The notes under the pieces are model-generated. The model ran no database searches and was not told the DNA's origin. It saw only the letters and a list, made by a program, of their open reading frames with translations. DNA of 64,000 nucleotides from a virus. The DNA lies in the IMG/VR virus record IMGVR_UViG_3300009370_001778, positions 1 to 64,000 of that record; one strand, 5' to 3'. Below are positions 45,346-55,749 of this stretch, one piece after another (within the stretch, counting starts at the first letter, position 1; every line of letters starts with the position of its first letter). Position numbers and translations under genes: made by a program.

Positions 45346-45800
45346 AGCAGATCGATTCTGTACTAGACGAGTATGAGGGCAAGCTAGGGATAGGTGGCTA
45401 CTCTGAGGACTTTCACGACCAGTCTGTAAAGAAATACATGTCTATGCCTAGACAGCAAATGGAAAAGCTAACCGTGGAAGAGTGTGCAGAGGCCGCTCTT
45501 CTCCTCGGAGGATTTTCTTTTTACCTGCAAAGATCTTATAATAGAGAAACAGCTAGGGTCAACTGGGCATCTTCTAACCTTAAGAAAATGATATCTGGAA
45601 GAGAATCCCAGTATAGCGGCTCATGGGATAGTCAATACTACCAAGCTATTAAAGAAGATGCGTATGCAAGCAAGCTAGACAATATTAAAACCTATGCCCA
45701 GCAGAGGGCTGACAGACTTACCTACTTAGCTACTTCTGTCAAGAATTTAAGTGACCTATACATTAACCTTCAGAGATCGAAAATAAATAGACATGGATAA
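45312..45800 (+). CDS. Hypothetical helical protein (possible recombination mediator)
   Basis: Coiled, in replication block. Confidence 0.55.
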   Translation: METKDTAKERLEQIDSVLDEYEGKLGIGGYSEDFHDQSVKKYMSMPRQQMEKLTVEECAEAALLLGGFSFYLQRSYNRETARVNWASSNLKKMISGRESQYSGSWDSQYYQAIKEDAYASKLDNIKTYAQQRADRLTYLATSVKNLSDLYINLQRSKINRHG

Positions 45801-46194
45801 AGAAGAACTTAAAGAACTACTTTCCCAGTTTAGTAAAGAAGAAATACTAGACTTAATACCCGATGAAGAGAAGAAGCCTGTCAATAAAAAAAGAAGGCGG
45901 GGAAAAGGGGGGAGAAAAAATAAAAACCCTAGACCCGAGTTTGTTAATAAGTTTGATGAAATGATGCAAGGTATAAGCTTAACGGGTGACGAAAAGAAAG
46001 AGTTAAAACAAGCGGAGGAAGCAGACGCTTCCGCTTCCAGTAAAGAAAACCCCTTCAAGGGACGTCGTAATAAAGTTTCTAAAATAGACATTCATTGTAG
46101 GTCTTGCCACAGGGAATATAAAATGTATCCATCTCAAATTCACAACAGGGAAAGATGGACTTGTAATAGATGCTTATCAGGGAGACAGGGTTAA
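45793..46194 (+). CDS. Hypothetical protein with C-terminal Zn ribbon
   Basis: CRSC...CNRC. Confidence 0.6.
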   Translation: MDKEELKELLSQFSKEEILDLIPDEEKKPVNKKRRRGKGGRKNKNPRPEFVNKFDEMMQGISLTGDEKKELKQAEEADASASSKENPFKGRRNKVSKIDIHCRSCHREYKMYPSQIHNRERWTCNRCLSGRQG

Positions 46195-47639
46195 TGCTAA
46201 GCGACCTGCCAGCAGAAAGAGCGATCCTCGCCGGAATATTCAGATACGGAGCAGAGGCGTATTATGATGTCGCAGATATTGTTTCTGAAACATCGTTCTG
46301 CGATGAGTCAAACTCCATTCTATACTCCTGTATGAAGCATATCCTTGAGGCAGATGATACAACATCCCTAGATGTCCCCTCAATGCTGTCGGCGGCAAAA
46401 GAAAAAGGACTCGCAGACTTTTTTAATAATCAAGAAGTCCAACACATGTCTTCTATCACGAAGTTCCCCGTACTTCTAGAGAACGTGCGAAGATTTGCAG
46501 CTAAAATTAGAAAGCTGGAGATTGCACGAATGATGTACGATGAACTTGAAATGACAAAAGAGAGATATGCAAATGTCAAAGGTGATGAACCAATATCCGA
46601 GATACTGGGCATAGCAGAAGAGTCTGTAATGAATGTCTCGTCTCTTGTCTCTGGAGCTGACGATGTTCCAACTATGATGTTTGATAATATACATGAGTAT
46701 GTAGAGGGGTTGTCTGAAACCCCTGTAGACCAGATAGGTATACCTACAGGCTTTTCAAGATATGATTTTGCTATCGGCGGAGGATTAAGAAGAGGGACTG
46801 TGAATGTAATAGGGGCAAGACCTAAAACCGGCAAGACATTACTAGCTGACAATATGGGAGTACATATAGCCCGCCAAGGAATACCTGTTCTTAATCTAGA
46901 TACAGAAATGAGAAAAGAGGATCATCAAAATCGCCTACTAGCTATGCTTTCAGAGGTCACGATTAATGATATTGAAACTGGAGCATTTTCCAAAAACCCT
47001 ATGAACAATAGAAAGGTACAGGATGCGATAAAAGATATTAGCGATCTCCCTTACTACTTTAGGTCAATAGGAGGGGCTTCATTTGAAGAACAACTAGCAA
47101 TCATAAGAAGATGGATTAGTCGCGTAGTAGGACTTAATGATAAGGGTAAGGCTAATGACTGTGTTATTATCTATGACTACCTGAAACTCATGGACTCTGC
47201 TCAAATCAAAGGAGATATGAAGGAATTTCAGGTCCTCGGATTCATGATGACAGCATTACATAATCTATCTTTAAAGTATGAAGTTCCAGTCCTGTCTTTC
47301 ATTCAGCTAAACAGGGATGGCATCAGTAAAGAATCGACAGACACAGCCTCAGGCTCAGATAGAATTATTTGGCTATGCTCTAACTTTACAATATACAAGT
47401 ACAAATCGGACGAAGAGATCGCATCTGATGGCCCTGAGAATGGGAACAGAAAGCTAGTGCCGATCATTGCACGACACGGAGAAGGCTTACAGCCAAGTGA
47501 TTACATTAACATTACTATGAGAGGCCAGTTCGGTCAAATTATAGAAGGTAAGACCGCTTTTGAATTAGAAGACGGCGTGTCTGACATAAATAGCTTAGAG
47601 GAAGATTATGACACAGAAGCAGACATCCCCTTCGTATAA
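46194..47639 (+). CDS. dnaB: Replicative DNA helicase
   Basis: AERAIL, GIPTGF, GARPKTGKT, DTEM, YDYLKL, QLNR, RHG. Confidence 0.9.
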   Translation: MLSDLPAERAILAGIFRYGAEAYYDVADIVSETSFCDESNSILYSCMKHILEADDTTSLDVPSMLSAAKEKGLADFFNNQEVQHMSSITKFPVLLENVRRFAAKIRKLEIARMMYDELEMTKERYANVKGDEPISEILGIAEESVMNVSSLVSGADDVPTMMFDNIHEYVEGLSETPVDQIGIPTGFSRYDFAIGGGLRRGTVNVIGARPKTGKTLLADNMGVHIARQGIPVLNLDTEMRKEDHQNRLLAMLSEVTINDIETGAFSKNPMNNRKVQDAIKDISDLPYYFRSIGGASFEEQLAIIRRWISRVVGLNDKGKANDCVIIYDYLKLMDSAQIKGDMKEFQVLGFMMTALHNLSLKYEVPVLSFIQLNRDGISKESTDTASGSDRIIWLCSNFTIYKYKSDEEIASDGPENGNRKLVPIIARHGEGLQPSDYINITMRGQFGQIIEGKTAFELEDGVSDINSLEEDYDTEADIPFV

Positions 47640-48768
47640 AGGCAAATACGATTTTGGAAAGATCAACTCATTGTCAAAGATAGCAATGAACTATCTAGAT
47701 GAGATTTACGAATATTTTGGAATAAAGAGATCATATAAAAATGAAATTCTCGTAAAATCATGTTGCCCTATACACGGGGGAGACAACCCAACAGCCCTTA
47801 ACATGTACTATAATGGAGACTTTAAAATTCACTATAAGTGCCGGACGAGTCAATGTGAAGATCAATTTGGGAATGACTTCATTAGTTTTATCAAAGGATG
47901 TTTGTCTAGGTTCAAATACAACTGGGAAAAGAACGGAGACAAAGAGGCTACTTTTTCTGAGGCGGTAAACTTTCTCTTAAAGTTCTTAAACAAAGACCTA
48001 AACTCCCTAGAATCAGAAAGCGCTAATATAGAAAAAATGAAATTCGGAAGCATGGTCAATAACCTAAGCTCCGATGATGCCAAAAAGGGCCTTATAAGCA
48101 AGGATGAATATAGAAAAAAAGTTGTTATCCCGGCCCCTTACTATTTACAAAGAGGTTTTTCAAGAGAAATTTTAGAAGAATATGGAGTTGGCTACTGTGA
48201 CAATCCTAAGAAGCCTATGTATGGAAGAGCCATCGTTCCTATCTACGACAATGAATATGAGAATATAGTTGGATTTACCGCCAGAAGCACCTTTGATAAA
48301 TGCAATCAATGCAACCATTACCACAATCCTTCAGAAAAATGTAGACATTTTCCAAAATGGATGCACAGTAAAGGCTTTCAAAAACAAAAATGGTTGTATA
48401 ATTACTGGAGGGCTAAGGATGAAATATTAAAGACAGGAGTAGCAATTATAGTCGAGTCTCCGGGGAATGTATGGAGACTTGCTGAAGCTGGAATACATAA
48501 CGCTGTGGCGATCTTTGGAACGGCTCTTAACACAGACCAAAGATATTTACTAGATGAATCAGGAGCGTTGTCATTAATATGCTTAATGGATAATGATGAC
48601 GCTGGCCAAAAAGCGGCGAAAAAAATAGAAGAACAATGTTCAAGATTATATAGATTATTTTTCCCTAGTTTTGAAGGGAATGATGTAGCTGACTTGAACA
48701 TAGATAAAGTTACATCAGATATTAAACCTTTTATTGAAAACGCCATGGGCGTTTATAAGGAGATTTGA
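47608..48768 (+). CDS. dnaG: DNA primase (Zn finger + Toprim)
   Basis: CPIHGGDNP, IVGFTAR, IIVESPGN, AVAIFGT, MDNDDAG. Confidence 0.85.
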   Translation: MTQKQTSPSYKGKYDFGKINSLSKIAMNYLDEIYEYFGIKRSYKNEILVKSCCPIHGGDNPTALNMYYNGDFKIHYKCRTSQCEDQFGNDFISFIKGCLSRFKYNWEKNGDKEATFSEAVNFLLKFLNKDLNSLESESANIEKMKFGSMVNNLSSDDAKKGLISKDEYRKKVVIPAPYYLQRGFSREILEEYGVGYCDNPKKPMYGRAIVPIYDNEYENIVGFTARSTFDKCNQCNHYHNPSEKCRHFPKWMHSKGFQKQKWLYNYWRAKDEILKTGVAIIVESPGNVWRLAEAGIHNAVAIFGTALNTDQRYLLDESGALSLICLMDNDDAGQKAAKKIEEQCSRLYRLFFPSFEGNDVADLNIDKVTSDIKPFIENAMGVYKEI

Positions 48769-49023
48769 ATGGCGTTTAGAAATAATGCTATTGAGTACTT
48801 GTGGAGAAACGCTCTTGCAGACCAGTCGAAGGCAAGAGTTTCTTTGGATATCCTCTTGGATCACCCCGCTGGAATTGGAGACCACTCTACCGGAGATCTT
48901 CATAATAACTTGAATGAGGCTTTAGCAGCTTTAGCTGATGCCGAAGACAGAATTGAGACATTACAAAGGTATTATGCTCCTGCAGAAGACACTTCTCCAG
49001 CAGAAGAAAAGGGCGAAGAATAG
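48769..49023 (+). CDS. Small phage protein
   Basis: HPAGIGDHS motif, helical. Confidence 0.6.
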   Translation: MAFRNNAIEYLWRNALADQSKARVSLDILLDHPAGIGDHSTGDLHNNLNEALAALADAEDRIETLQRYYAPAEDTSPAEEKGEE

Positions 49024-49790
49024 TGACTCAAATTTTAGGATTTGCAGGCAAGAAGCAAAGCGGCAAAAATACCGCATGCAATTATATTATTGCCCTTAAA
49101 CTGGTAGAACTAGGAGTCTCTAAAAAGACAAGGCTTGCACCTAATGGAATGATTGAGGTAAGCGATATCTTTGGAGAGACAAAAGGAGAGCAGGAATGGT
49201 TTGAGTTTAGCGAAAAAAACTTGAACATAGACAAGCTCTTCAATGATGGTGTTGGACAGTATGTCAGGATTTATGGACTTGCCGATACATTAAAAGATAT
49301 GTGCATAAATGTATTTGGCTTGACCTACCATCAAGCGTATGGAAGAGACAAGGACAAAAACTCGGAGACCGACATACTCTGGGGAAATGTTCCCACTCCA
49401 AACAGTAACTTTAAAAACAAGAAAATGACAGCTAGGGAAGTCTTGCAATACGTAGGGACAGATATTTTTAGGAAATTAGATCCAGACGTATGGATTAAAA
49501 GTCTGCTAAGAAAAATTGAGAAAGACTCTCCGGAAGTTGCTTTAATTTGTGACGTTAGATTCAAAAATGAAATCCTAAAACTTCAGGAGTCAGGAGGCTT
49601 CATTATCGGACTCACTAGAGACCCATACAATAATGCAGATTCACATTCAAGCGAAAAAGAAATCGAAGAAGGCTTCTCTTTGTGTGATTGTATTGTAGAC
49701 AATCAAGATAAAACAGTTGAACGACAGCTTGAGCTTATTCATGGATGTATTAAGCACTTACCAAATGTACTCCCAGCAATGGAGAAATAA
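49023..49790 (+). CDS. Deoxynucleoside monophosphate kinase
   Basis: GFAGKKQSGKNT, ADTLK, REVLQYVGTD.FR, DVRFKNE, HSSE. Confidence 0.85.
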   Translation: MTQILGFAGKKQSGKNTACNYIIALKLVELGVSKKTRLAPNGMIEVSDIFGETKGEQEWFEFSEKNLNIDKLFNDGVGQYVRIYGLADTLKDMCINVFGLTYHQAYGRDKDKNSETDILWGNVPTPNSNFKNKKMTAREVLQYVGTDIFRKLDPDVWIKSLLRKIEKDSPEVALICDVRFKNEILKLQESGGFIIGLTRDPYNNADSHSSEKEIEEGFSLCDCIVDNQDKTVERQLELIHGCIKHLPNVLPAMEK

Positions 49791-50827
49791 TGAGTATTCC
49801 GATTGTATATTTTAGAAGCAGCTCTTTTAATTCACATAGGATGTGCCCTATGCAATATTACATGGAATACGGACTAGGTTGGCGTGGTAATTCAGGCAAG
49901 AAAGCGGACAAGGGAACCATAGTTCACAAAATACTTGAGCTAGCAGCAGTCTCCAAAAAGGCTTTGCAGGAGGGTCAAGACACAATTGATGATAGTGAGA
50001 TAGGTGAAATTGAAACGGCTAATTACGATCCAGAATATTTAGATGAAATTATAGATAAGGTCTATGAGTATTATACATCTAGGACTACACATCATGAATG
50101 GAAACCTCTTGACCTTAAGCACTGTAGAGCATGGGTCTGGAAGATATTTAACGACGATGATGGTTTCTTTGACCCAAAGAATAGAGTGGTAGTCGATGCA
50201 GAACCCCACTTTGATTTTGAGATTGAGGAAGAATGGGCTAAGTATTCCTATGAACTAGCAGATGGAACGGTACTGGAGGGGAACTTAGCCTTAAAGGGCA
50301 CAATTGACCTTATAACAGACATAGGGGATAATACATATGAGATTATAGATTGGAAGACTGGGAGAAGGTTGGATTGGGCTACAGGTAAAGAAAAGACTAT
50401 GGCCAAACTACAGAAAGATCCTCAATTAAGAATGTACCACCTCGCATGTAAAAAACTCTACCCTCATGTAGACGCTTTCTTGGTAACAATACACTTTATG
50501 AATGACGGAGGCCCTTTCACTCTACACTTTCAAGACAGTGACATTCCTGAAACCTTAGAAATGATTAAGGCAAAGTTTGAAGTTATAAAGAAGACCGATC
50601 TTCCCCAGCAAAAGAAGTCTTGGAAATGTTCTAAACTATGTAATGCTGGCAAAAGCACTTATGAAGGGACGAATGTAGATGTAATGTATAACGTGTTCGG
50701 TGCGCCACTGACGAAATGTGAGCAGACCCACGAAATGATTAAAGAACACGGTATCGAGTGGGTAACACAAAACTGTACGGCTCCTGACCATGCAATAGGT
50801 AAATACCAAGCTCCGGGTGAAGTATGA
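49790..50827 (+). CDS. Cas4/RecB-like PD-(D/E)xK exonuclease
   Basis: CPMQY, GTIVH, GTIDLI, IIDWKTG, QLRMY, C-terminal Cys cluster. Confidence 0.8.
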   Translation: MSIPIVYFRSSSFNSHRMCPMQYYMEYGLGWRGNSGKKADKGTIVHKILELAAVSKKALQEGQDTIDDSEIGEIETANYDPEYLDEIIDKVYEYYTSRTTHHEWKPLDLKHCRAWVWKIFNDDDGFFDPKNRVVVDAEPHFDFEIEEEWAKYSYELADGTVLEGNLALKGTIDLITDIGDNTYEIIDWKTGRRLDWATGKEKTMAKLQKDPQLRMYHLACKKLYPHVDAFLVTIHFMNDGGPFTLHFQDSDIPETLEMIKAKFEVIKKTDLPQQKKSWKCSKLCNAGKSTYEGTNVDVMYNVFGAPLTKCEQTHEMIKEHGIEWVTQNCTAPDHAIGKYQAPGEV

Positions 50828-51369
50828 TAAGGCTTCCTTTTTCAGAGAGCATGGTAGAAAGAGCAAAAGAAAAAGCCTTGACACTCGGATCTATAAATAA
50901 TTCTATCCTTCAAGGTAGGGGTAACATTGCTGGATATCTTGGAGAGGAAGCTCTGGCCCCATTTGTTAATGCAGAAATTGTAAGTAACAATAGAGGTCTT
51001 GACAAATATAACCACGACTTATTGTTAGGAAATTCAGACAGACTAGAAGTAAAAACAAAAAGGAGAACTGTATCTCCAAGAGACTTTTATGATGTCTCTA
51101 TAGCTGAAACAAGCGCTCACCAAAGGCCAGACCTGTATGCTTTTATAAGTCTAGAGTTTTCTAAAGCAACCAAGACCCATCCTAAAACATACTACGGTCT
51201 AAAAAATATATGGCTGTGTGGATTCATAACAGCTGAAAGATTTTGGAATGAGTCGGTCTTGTGGGAAAAGGGCAAGATAGACACAAGAAATAACTTCAAG
51301 ACGCATGTAAACATGTATAATTTAGAGATAAGAAATTTACACAAAGACCTAACAGGAATAACAATATGA
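50824..51369 (+). CDS. Restriction-endonuclease-like fold protein
   Basis: GYLGE...HDL...LEVKTK. Confidence 0.55.
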   Translation: MIRLPFSESMVERAKEKALTLGSINNSILQGRGNIAGYLGEEALAPFVNAEIVSNNRGLDKYNHDLLLGNSDRLEVKTKRRTVSPRDFYDVSIAETSAHQRPDLYAFISLEFSKATKTHPKTYYGLKNIWLCGFITAERFWNESVLWEKGKIDTRNNFKTHVNMYNLEIRNLHKDLTGITI

Positions 51370-53225
51370 AATATGTGCCACTTCATGTACACAGCGAATA
51401 CTCACTCTTAGATGGTTTATCGCAAACCTCTCAAATATCAAAGAGACTTGAAGAAATAGGGGTTGACGCATGCGCTCTCACCGATTACGGCACTATTTCC
51501 GGAGCTATTGACTTTCATAAAACAATATCCAACGGATTTAAACCTATCCTAGGATGTGAGCTATACTTATCTTCTCAAGACTCGTCTATAAAGACAGTTG
51601 AAAATAAAAGCCTTTCCCACCAAGTTGTATTGGCAAAAAATTTAGATGGATGGAAGAAGTTATTATCTCTTGTTTCTATCTCCAACAATCCAGACAACTT
51701 CTATTATAAGCCCAGAATAGGCTTTGATGATTTCCTGTCTCTTGTGTCGTCAGATGGAAATTTAATTTCTTTTAGCGGACATCTAGGCTCTCACTTGGGA
51801 AATCTAGTTACAGATAATCCGAACTGGAAAAAAGAAGGCTGCGCTGAAGCTAGAAGACTTCAAGAGTCTTTTGGTAAAGAAAATTTCTATATAGAGATAC
51901 AACTGATAGACTCTTTGACTAACAGTAAAGCAAAGGAGTGTGCAGAAAAGTTAAGAGAAATATCTAAGGCTACTGGAATACCATGTGTTGCAACTCCTGA
52001 TGCGCATTATTGCAGAAAGGAAGATTCCCACGATCAAAGGGTTTTGTTATGTACAGCATTAAGAAAAAGTATCAGCCAGATACAATCGGAAATCAATCAG
52101 GGCAAGCTTGTGTCAATGAAGGCTTTCTTTGAGTCCGACAACTACCACATACCATCTTGCGAGGAAATGAATCAGCTTCACACTCCAGAAGAGCTACAAA
52201 GCACTCTTGATATTGCTGAGCAATGCACAAACTATGAAATTTTAGGCCCTCCAAATCCACCTGTTTTTGATTGTCCTGAGGGAATGTCCCCAAATGACTA
52301 CCTTAGATACCTATGTCGCGAGGGCTGGGTGGAAAAAATGGATCATATAAACAAAGGCCACGACCTCTTTGGGACTTACGGAGACAGGGTTGATAAAGAA
52401 ATAAAAATCTTTACTGAAACTAATCTGTCTAGCTATTTCTTGATTGTTAGAGATATTTTACAGTATGCAAACTCTAAGGGTTATCTGACTGGACCGGGAA
52501 GAGGAAGCGCTGCAGGATGTATGGTTTCATACCTAATGGGTATAACTAAAATTGACCCGGTGCCGTATAATCTTATTTTTGAGAGATTTTACAATGCTGG
52601 TCGTAATGCTGGAGGTAGGGTGTCAATGCCAGATATTGATGTCGATGTTCCTAAGTACGGAAGGAATGATATAATAGCATACATTAAGAAAAAATATGGT
52701 AAAGACAATGTTGCTCAAATCATTAGCTTCCAGACGCTCAAGGGTAGAGCTGCTTTAAAAAGAGTTATGGCCTCAAGAGGTAACATAGGTTTTGATGAGC
52801 AGAACGCTATAACTTCTTACATTTTAGATGAGGCTAAAATTGCTGATGATCTTCAGGATATGAAAGAAGAACTTGGGACTTCTTCTGTGATTACTTGGGC
52901 TCTTGAAAACAGGAAGGACAAACTGAGTGAATGGTGTCAGGTGAATGAAAATGGAGAGCTGGAAGGCAGGTTTGCTAAAATATTTGAGCAGGCAGTAAGA
53001 CTGGAAAACACAAAAATAGTGCAGTCAAAGCACGCTGCGGGCGTTGTTGTCTCCCCACAGCCCATCTATGATGTTTGCCCTATGGTAATCGACAGGGAAG
53101 GTAAAGATCTTTTGGCTGGATTCGAAGGCCCTAGCTGTGAAGATGCAGGCTTGTTAAAGTTAGATATCTTAGGTATCAAAATGTTAGATAAAATTATGGA
53201 CATATCAACGATTTTAAAGGTATAA
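51366..53225 (+). CDS. dnaE: DNA polymerase III alpha, N-terminal part (PHP + palm/thumb)
   Basis: LHVHSEYSLLDG, GPGRGSAAG, FERF, PDIDVD, HAAGVV, LLKLDILG. Confidence 0.92.
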   Translation: MKYVPLHVHSEYSLLDGLSQTSQISKRLEEIGVDACALTDYGTISGAIDFHKTISNGFKPILGCELYLSSQDSSIKTVENKSLSHQVVLAKNLDGWKKLLSLVSISNNPDNFYYKPRIGFDDFLSLVSSDGNLISFSGHLGSHLGNLVTDNPNWKKEGCAEARRLQESFGKENFYIEIQLIDSLTNSKAKECAEKLREISKATGIPCVATPDAHYCRKEDSHDQRVLLCTALRKSISQIQSEINQGKLVSMKAFFESDNYHIPSCEEMNQLHTPEELQSTLDIAEQCTNYEILGPPNPPVFDCPEGMSPNDYLRYLCREGWVEKMDHINKGHDLFGTYGDRVDKEIKIFTETNLSSYFLIVRDILQYANSKGYLTGPGRGSAAGCMVSYLMGITKIDPVPYNLIFERFYNAGRNAGGRVSMPDIDVDVPKYGRNDIIAYIKKKYGKDNVAQIISFQTLKGRAALKRVMASRGNIGFDEQNAITSYILDEAKIADDLQDMKEELGTSSVITWALENRKDKLSEWCQVNENGELEGRFAKIFEQAVRLENTKIVQSKHAAGVVVSPQPIYDVCPMVIDREGKDLLAGFEGPSCEDAGLLKLDILGIKMLDKIMDISTILKV

Positions 53226-53229
53226 TTTA

Positions 53230-53424
53230 ATGAACGAACAAAGCTTTGAAGTTAGGTTTGAACCATCAATTGGAGAACACTGTTATGTCTACCAAAGAAA
53301 TGATGGTTCTAGCTTTGGGTCTATAGTAAAACCCCATGAGTGGGGGGAAAATTACCAATACAAGTTTTTATATAAAGCGACATATACCTCAGAAGGAAAG
53401 TGGAAAAAGAACAATGAACAATAG
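53230..53424 (+). CDS. DUF2452-like small protein
   Basis: FEPSIG..YVY..DG....IVKPHEW...W. Confidence 0.55.
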   Translation: MNEQSFEVRFEPSIGEHCYVYQRNDGSSFGSIVKPHEWGENYQYKFLYKATYTSEGKWKKNNEQ

Positions 53425-54094
53425 ATGGATAATTGTATTCGACTGGGAAACTGATAGCCCAAACCCAAACACATGCAACCCTGTTGAGCTTGCTGCCGTA
53501 CCAGTGAATCCTCGCACGTTAGAAATAAAAACAGATCAAGCATTTCGGGCAACTATTCGTCCAGACGATATTGATTCCGAAGAATATTTTACCAAAGAAA
53601 GACAAGGAACTATAGCTTGGCACGCGAAGCAGCGTGGAGTAGAAACAGAAGAGATTATAGCAGACTGGAAACAAGGTCAAAGTGAAAAAGTTGTCTGGAA
53701 AAACTTTTGCAACTACTGCGCTAAGTACGAAGTAGACAAAAAGCCGGGACAATGGTATACAGAACCCATCCCTTCAGGATATAATATTATTGGATTTGAT
53801 CTTGTCATTGCCAATAGGATGGTTGAAAAACACAAAACAAAGTCTCCTTTCTCAAAGGTAACTAAGATTGACATGATGGACATCCTGTTTATGTGGTTCG
53901 AAAATTTAGATGAGCCTAGCAGTATGAAGCTTGATGCTTTCCGAGACTTCTTCGGAATGGAAGCAGCACAAGCACATGAGGCACTATCAGATACTATTGA
54001 CGAGGCTGAGCTGTTAGTGAAGTTCATGAAGTTTCATCGAAGACAATCGACAGTTGGAAAATTTAAGGATTCATTTGCTAATGCTAAAGTTTAA
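53414..54094 (+). CDS. DEDDh 3'-5' exonuclease (DnaQ/epsilon-like)
   Basis: VFDWET, GYNIIGFD, AHEALSD. Confidence 0.85.
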   Translation: MNNRWIIVFDWETDSPNPNTCNPVELAAVPVNPRTLEIKTDQAFRATIRPDDIDSEEYFTKERQGTIAWHAKQRGVETEEIIADWKQGQSEKVVWKNFCNYCAKYEVDKKPGQWYTEPIPSGYNIIGFDLVIANRMVEKHKTKSPFSKVTKIDMMDILFMWFENLDEPSSMKLDAFRDFFGMEAAQAHEALSDTIDEAELLVKFMKFHRRQSTVGKFKDSFANAKV

Positions 54095-55718
54095 GTGTGG
54101 ATGTGAATTTCACCAAGACGAAAATGGAAAGACCATATTCGATCCTGATATCAGCAAACTAAACATGGACTGTGTTGCCACTTGGGATATGATCTGCGAT
54201 GGAAACACCAAGGGGGTATTTCAGTTAGAGTCTCAACTAGGACGGTCTCTGTCCTCTCAAACAAAGCCTAGAGACATAGCAGAACTATCAGACTTGATCG
54301 CAATTATGCGGCCCGGATGTCTAGAGGCTATAGTTAATGGTAAAACTCTGACTATGCATTACATTGATAGAAAACACAAAAGAGACGCTGTAGAATATTT
54401 TCATGACTCCTTAGAGAGCATACTGGGCAGCACGTATGGTATTTTAGTGTACCAAGAACAGGCAATTCTAATTGCTACAGAAATAGCCGGATTTGATTTG
54501 CAAGAAGCTGACATTCTCAGAAAGGCTATCGGTAAGAAAAAGGCAGATGTAATGGCTGAGGTTAAAAAGTCTTTTATTGAAAAGGCTATAAAAAAAGAGA
54601 TTGTTAATAGAGAACAGGCTGAAGAAATTTTTAGCTGGATCGAGAAATCTCAAAGATATTCTTTTAATAAATCTCACTCAGTAAGCTACGCCTACAATGC
54701 TTACCTAACAGCATACGCAAAAGCACATTTTCCACATGAATTTTTTACCTCATATCTAAGAAATGCCGTTGGTAAACCAGACACCTTCATGGAAGTACAA
54801 GAGCTTGTCAATAACGCTAAAATAATGGGAATCAATGTAATGCCTCCAAGTGTTACAAAAATGAATGAAGAATTTAAGCTAATGGGGGATAACCCTACTT
54901 ATGGAATGACCAATGTAAAAGGGGTAGGCTCGTCTGTATTTGCAAAGATGAGTGCAGACATGGAGGAAAGAGGCATTGACCCAGAGAATTGCGATTGGGA
55001 CTGCTTTCTGCTTTTAGTGTCTCCCCACGTTAACAAAAAGGCATTTTTAAACTTGATACTAGCTGGGTGCTTTGATTCTTTTAAAATATCTAGAAGTAAG
55101 ATGCAGCACCAGTACAGCATTGTAAAAGAACTTTCGAAGAGAGAAATTACTTGGCTGTCGGAATACAAGACAGACAATCCTGAAGAGAAGGTTAAAGAAT
55201 GTCTATTAAAAATGATAAGTGTATCGGATTCCAAGGATAAAAAAAGACCAATTTTCAGAAAGGCTAGAATTCCAGTGGTTGTAGACCTAGTGGATGCTTA
55301 TGAAAATCCGGGATATGACCTATACGATTCTCCGTCTTGGCTCGCAAAACAAGAGGAGGAGCTTCTGGGAACAGCATTAACTTGCAGTAAAGTAGATGAG
55401 TATGACACAAGCAGGTCCAACTGTACATGCAAAGAATTTTTAGACGGATTCCAAGGTCAGCAGGGTATATATTTAGCGGTACAAGTCAACGCTGTCCGGG
55501 AATGGGAGATTAAAAAAGGACGTTCAAAAGGTCAAAAGATGGGCTTTTTAACAGTGAGTGACACTAGCTGTTCTATAGATAATGTAACAGCTTTTTCTGA
55601 AGAATGGGATAAGTATAAAAAATTACTCCATGAAGGCAATACGGTACTACTTAGAGGTATCAAAGACAAGAATAGAGGAAGTTTTTTGATTAAAAAGGTA
55701 GAACAATTAACAAGTTAG
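54081..55718 (+). CDS. dnaE: DNA polymerase III alpha, C-terminal part (fingers, HhH, OB)
   Basis: TKGVFQLES, RPG, TYGILVYQEQ, LRKAIGKK, YSFNKSHS..Y, VKGVG, KMGF..VSD. Confidence 0.92.
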   Translation: MLKFKCGCEFHQDENGKTIFDPDISKLNMDCVATWDMICDGNTKGVFQLESQLGRSLSSQTKPRDIAELSDLIAIMRPGCLEAIVNGKTLTMHYIDRKHKRDAVEYFHDSLESILGSTYGILVYQEQAILIATEIAGFDLQEADILRKAIGKKKADVMAEVKKSFIEKAIKKEIVNREQAEEIFSWIEKSQRYSFNKSHSVSYAYNAYLTAYAKAHFPHEFFTSYLRNAVGKPDTFMEVQELVNNAKIMGINVMPPSVTKMNEEFKLMGDNPTYGMTNVKGVGSSVFAKMSADMEERGIDPENCDWDCFLLLVSPHVNKKAFLNLILAGCFDSFKISRSKMQHQYSIVKELSKREITWLSEYKTDNPEEKVKECLLKMISVSDSKDKKRPIFRKARIPVVVDLVDAYENPGYDLYDSPSWLAKQEEELLGTALTCSKVDEYDTSRSNCTCKEFLDGFQGQQGIYLAVQVNAVREWEIKKGRSKGQKMGFLTVSDTSCSIDNVTAFSEEWDKYKKLLHEGNTVLLRGIKDKNRGSFLIKKVEQLTS

Positions 55719-55749
55719 TTTGGAAGCTACGCTATAATAAGGTATAAGG

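Noticed and set aside
49790-50827. Cas4 as part of a CRISPR adaptation module
   Set aside because: No cas1/cas2; solo Cas4-like exonucleases are routine in phage replication blocks.
53150-54150. Split intein in dnaE
   Set aside because: No Cys-initiated intein N-part after DnaE-N and no HN/C junction before DnaE-C.
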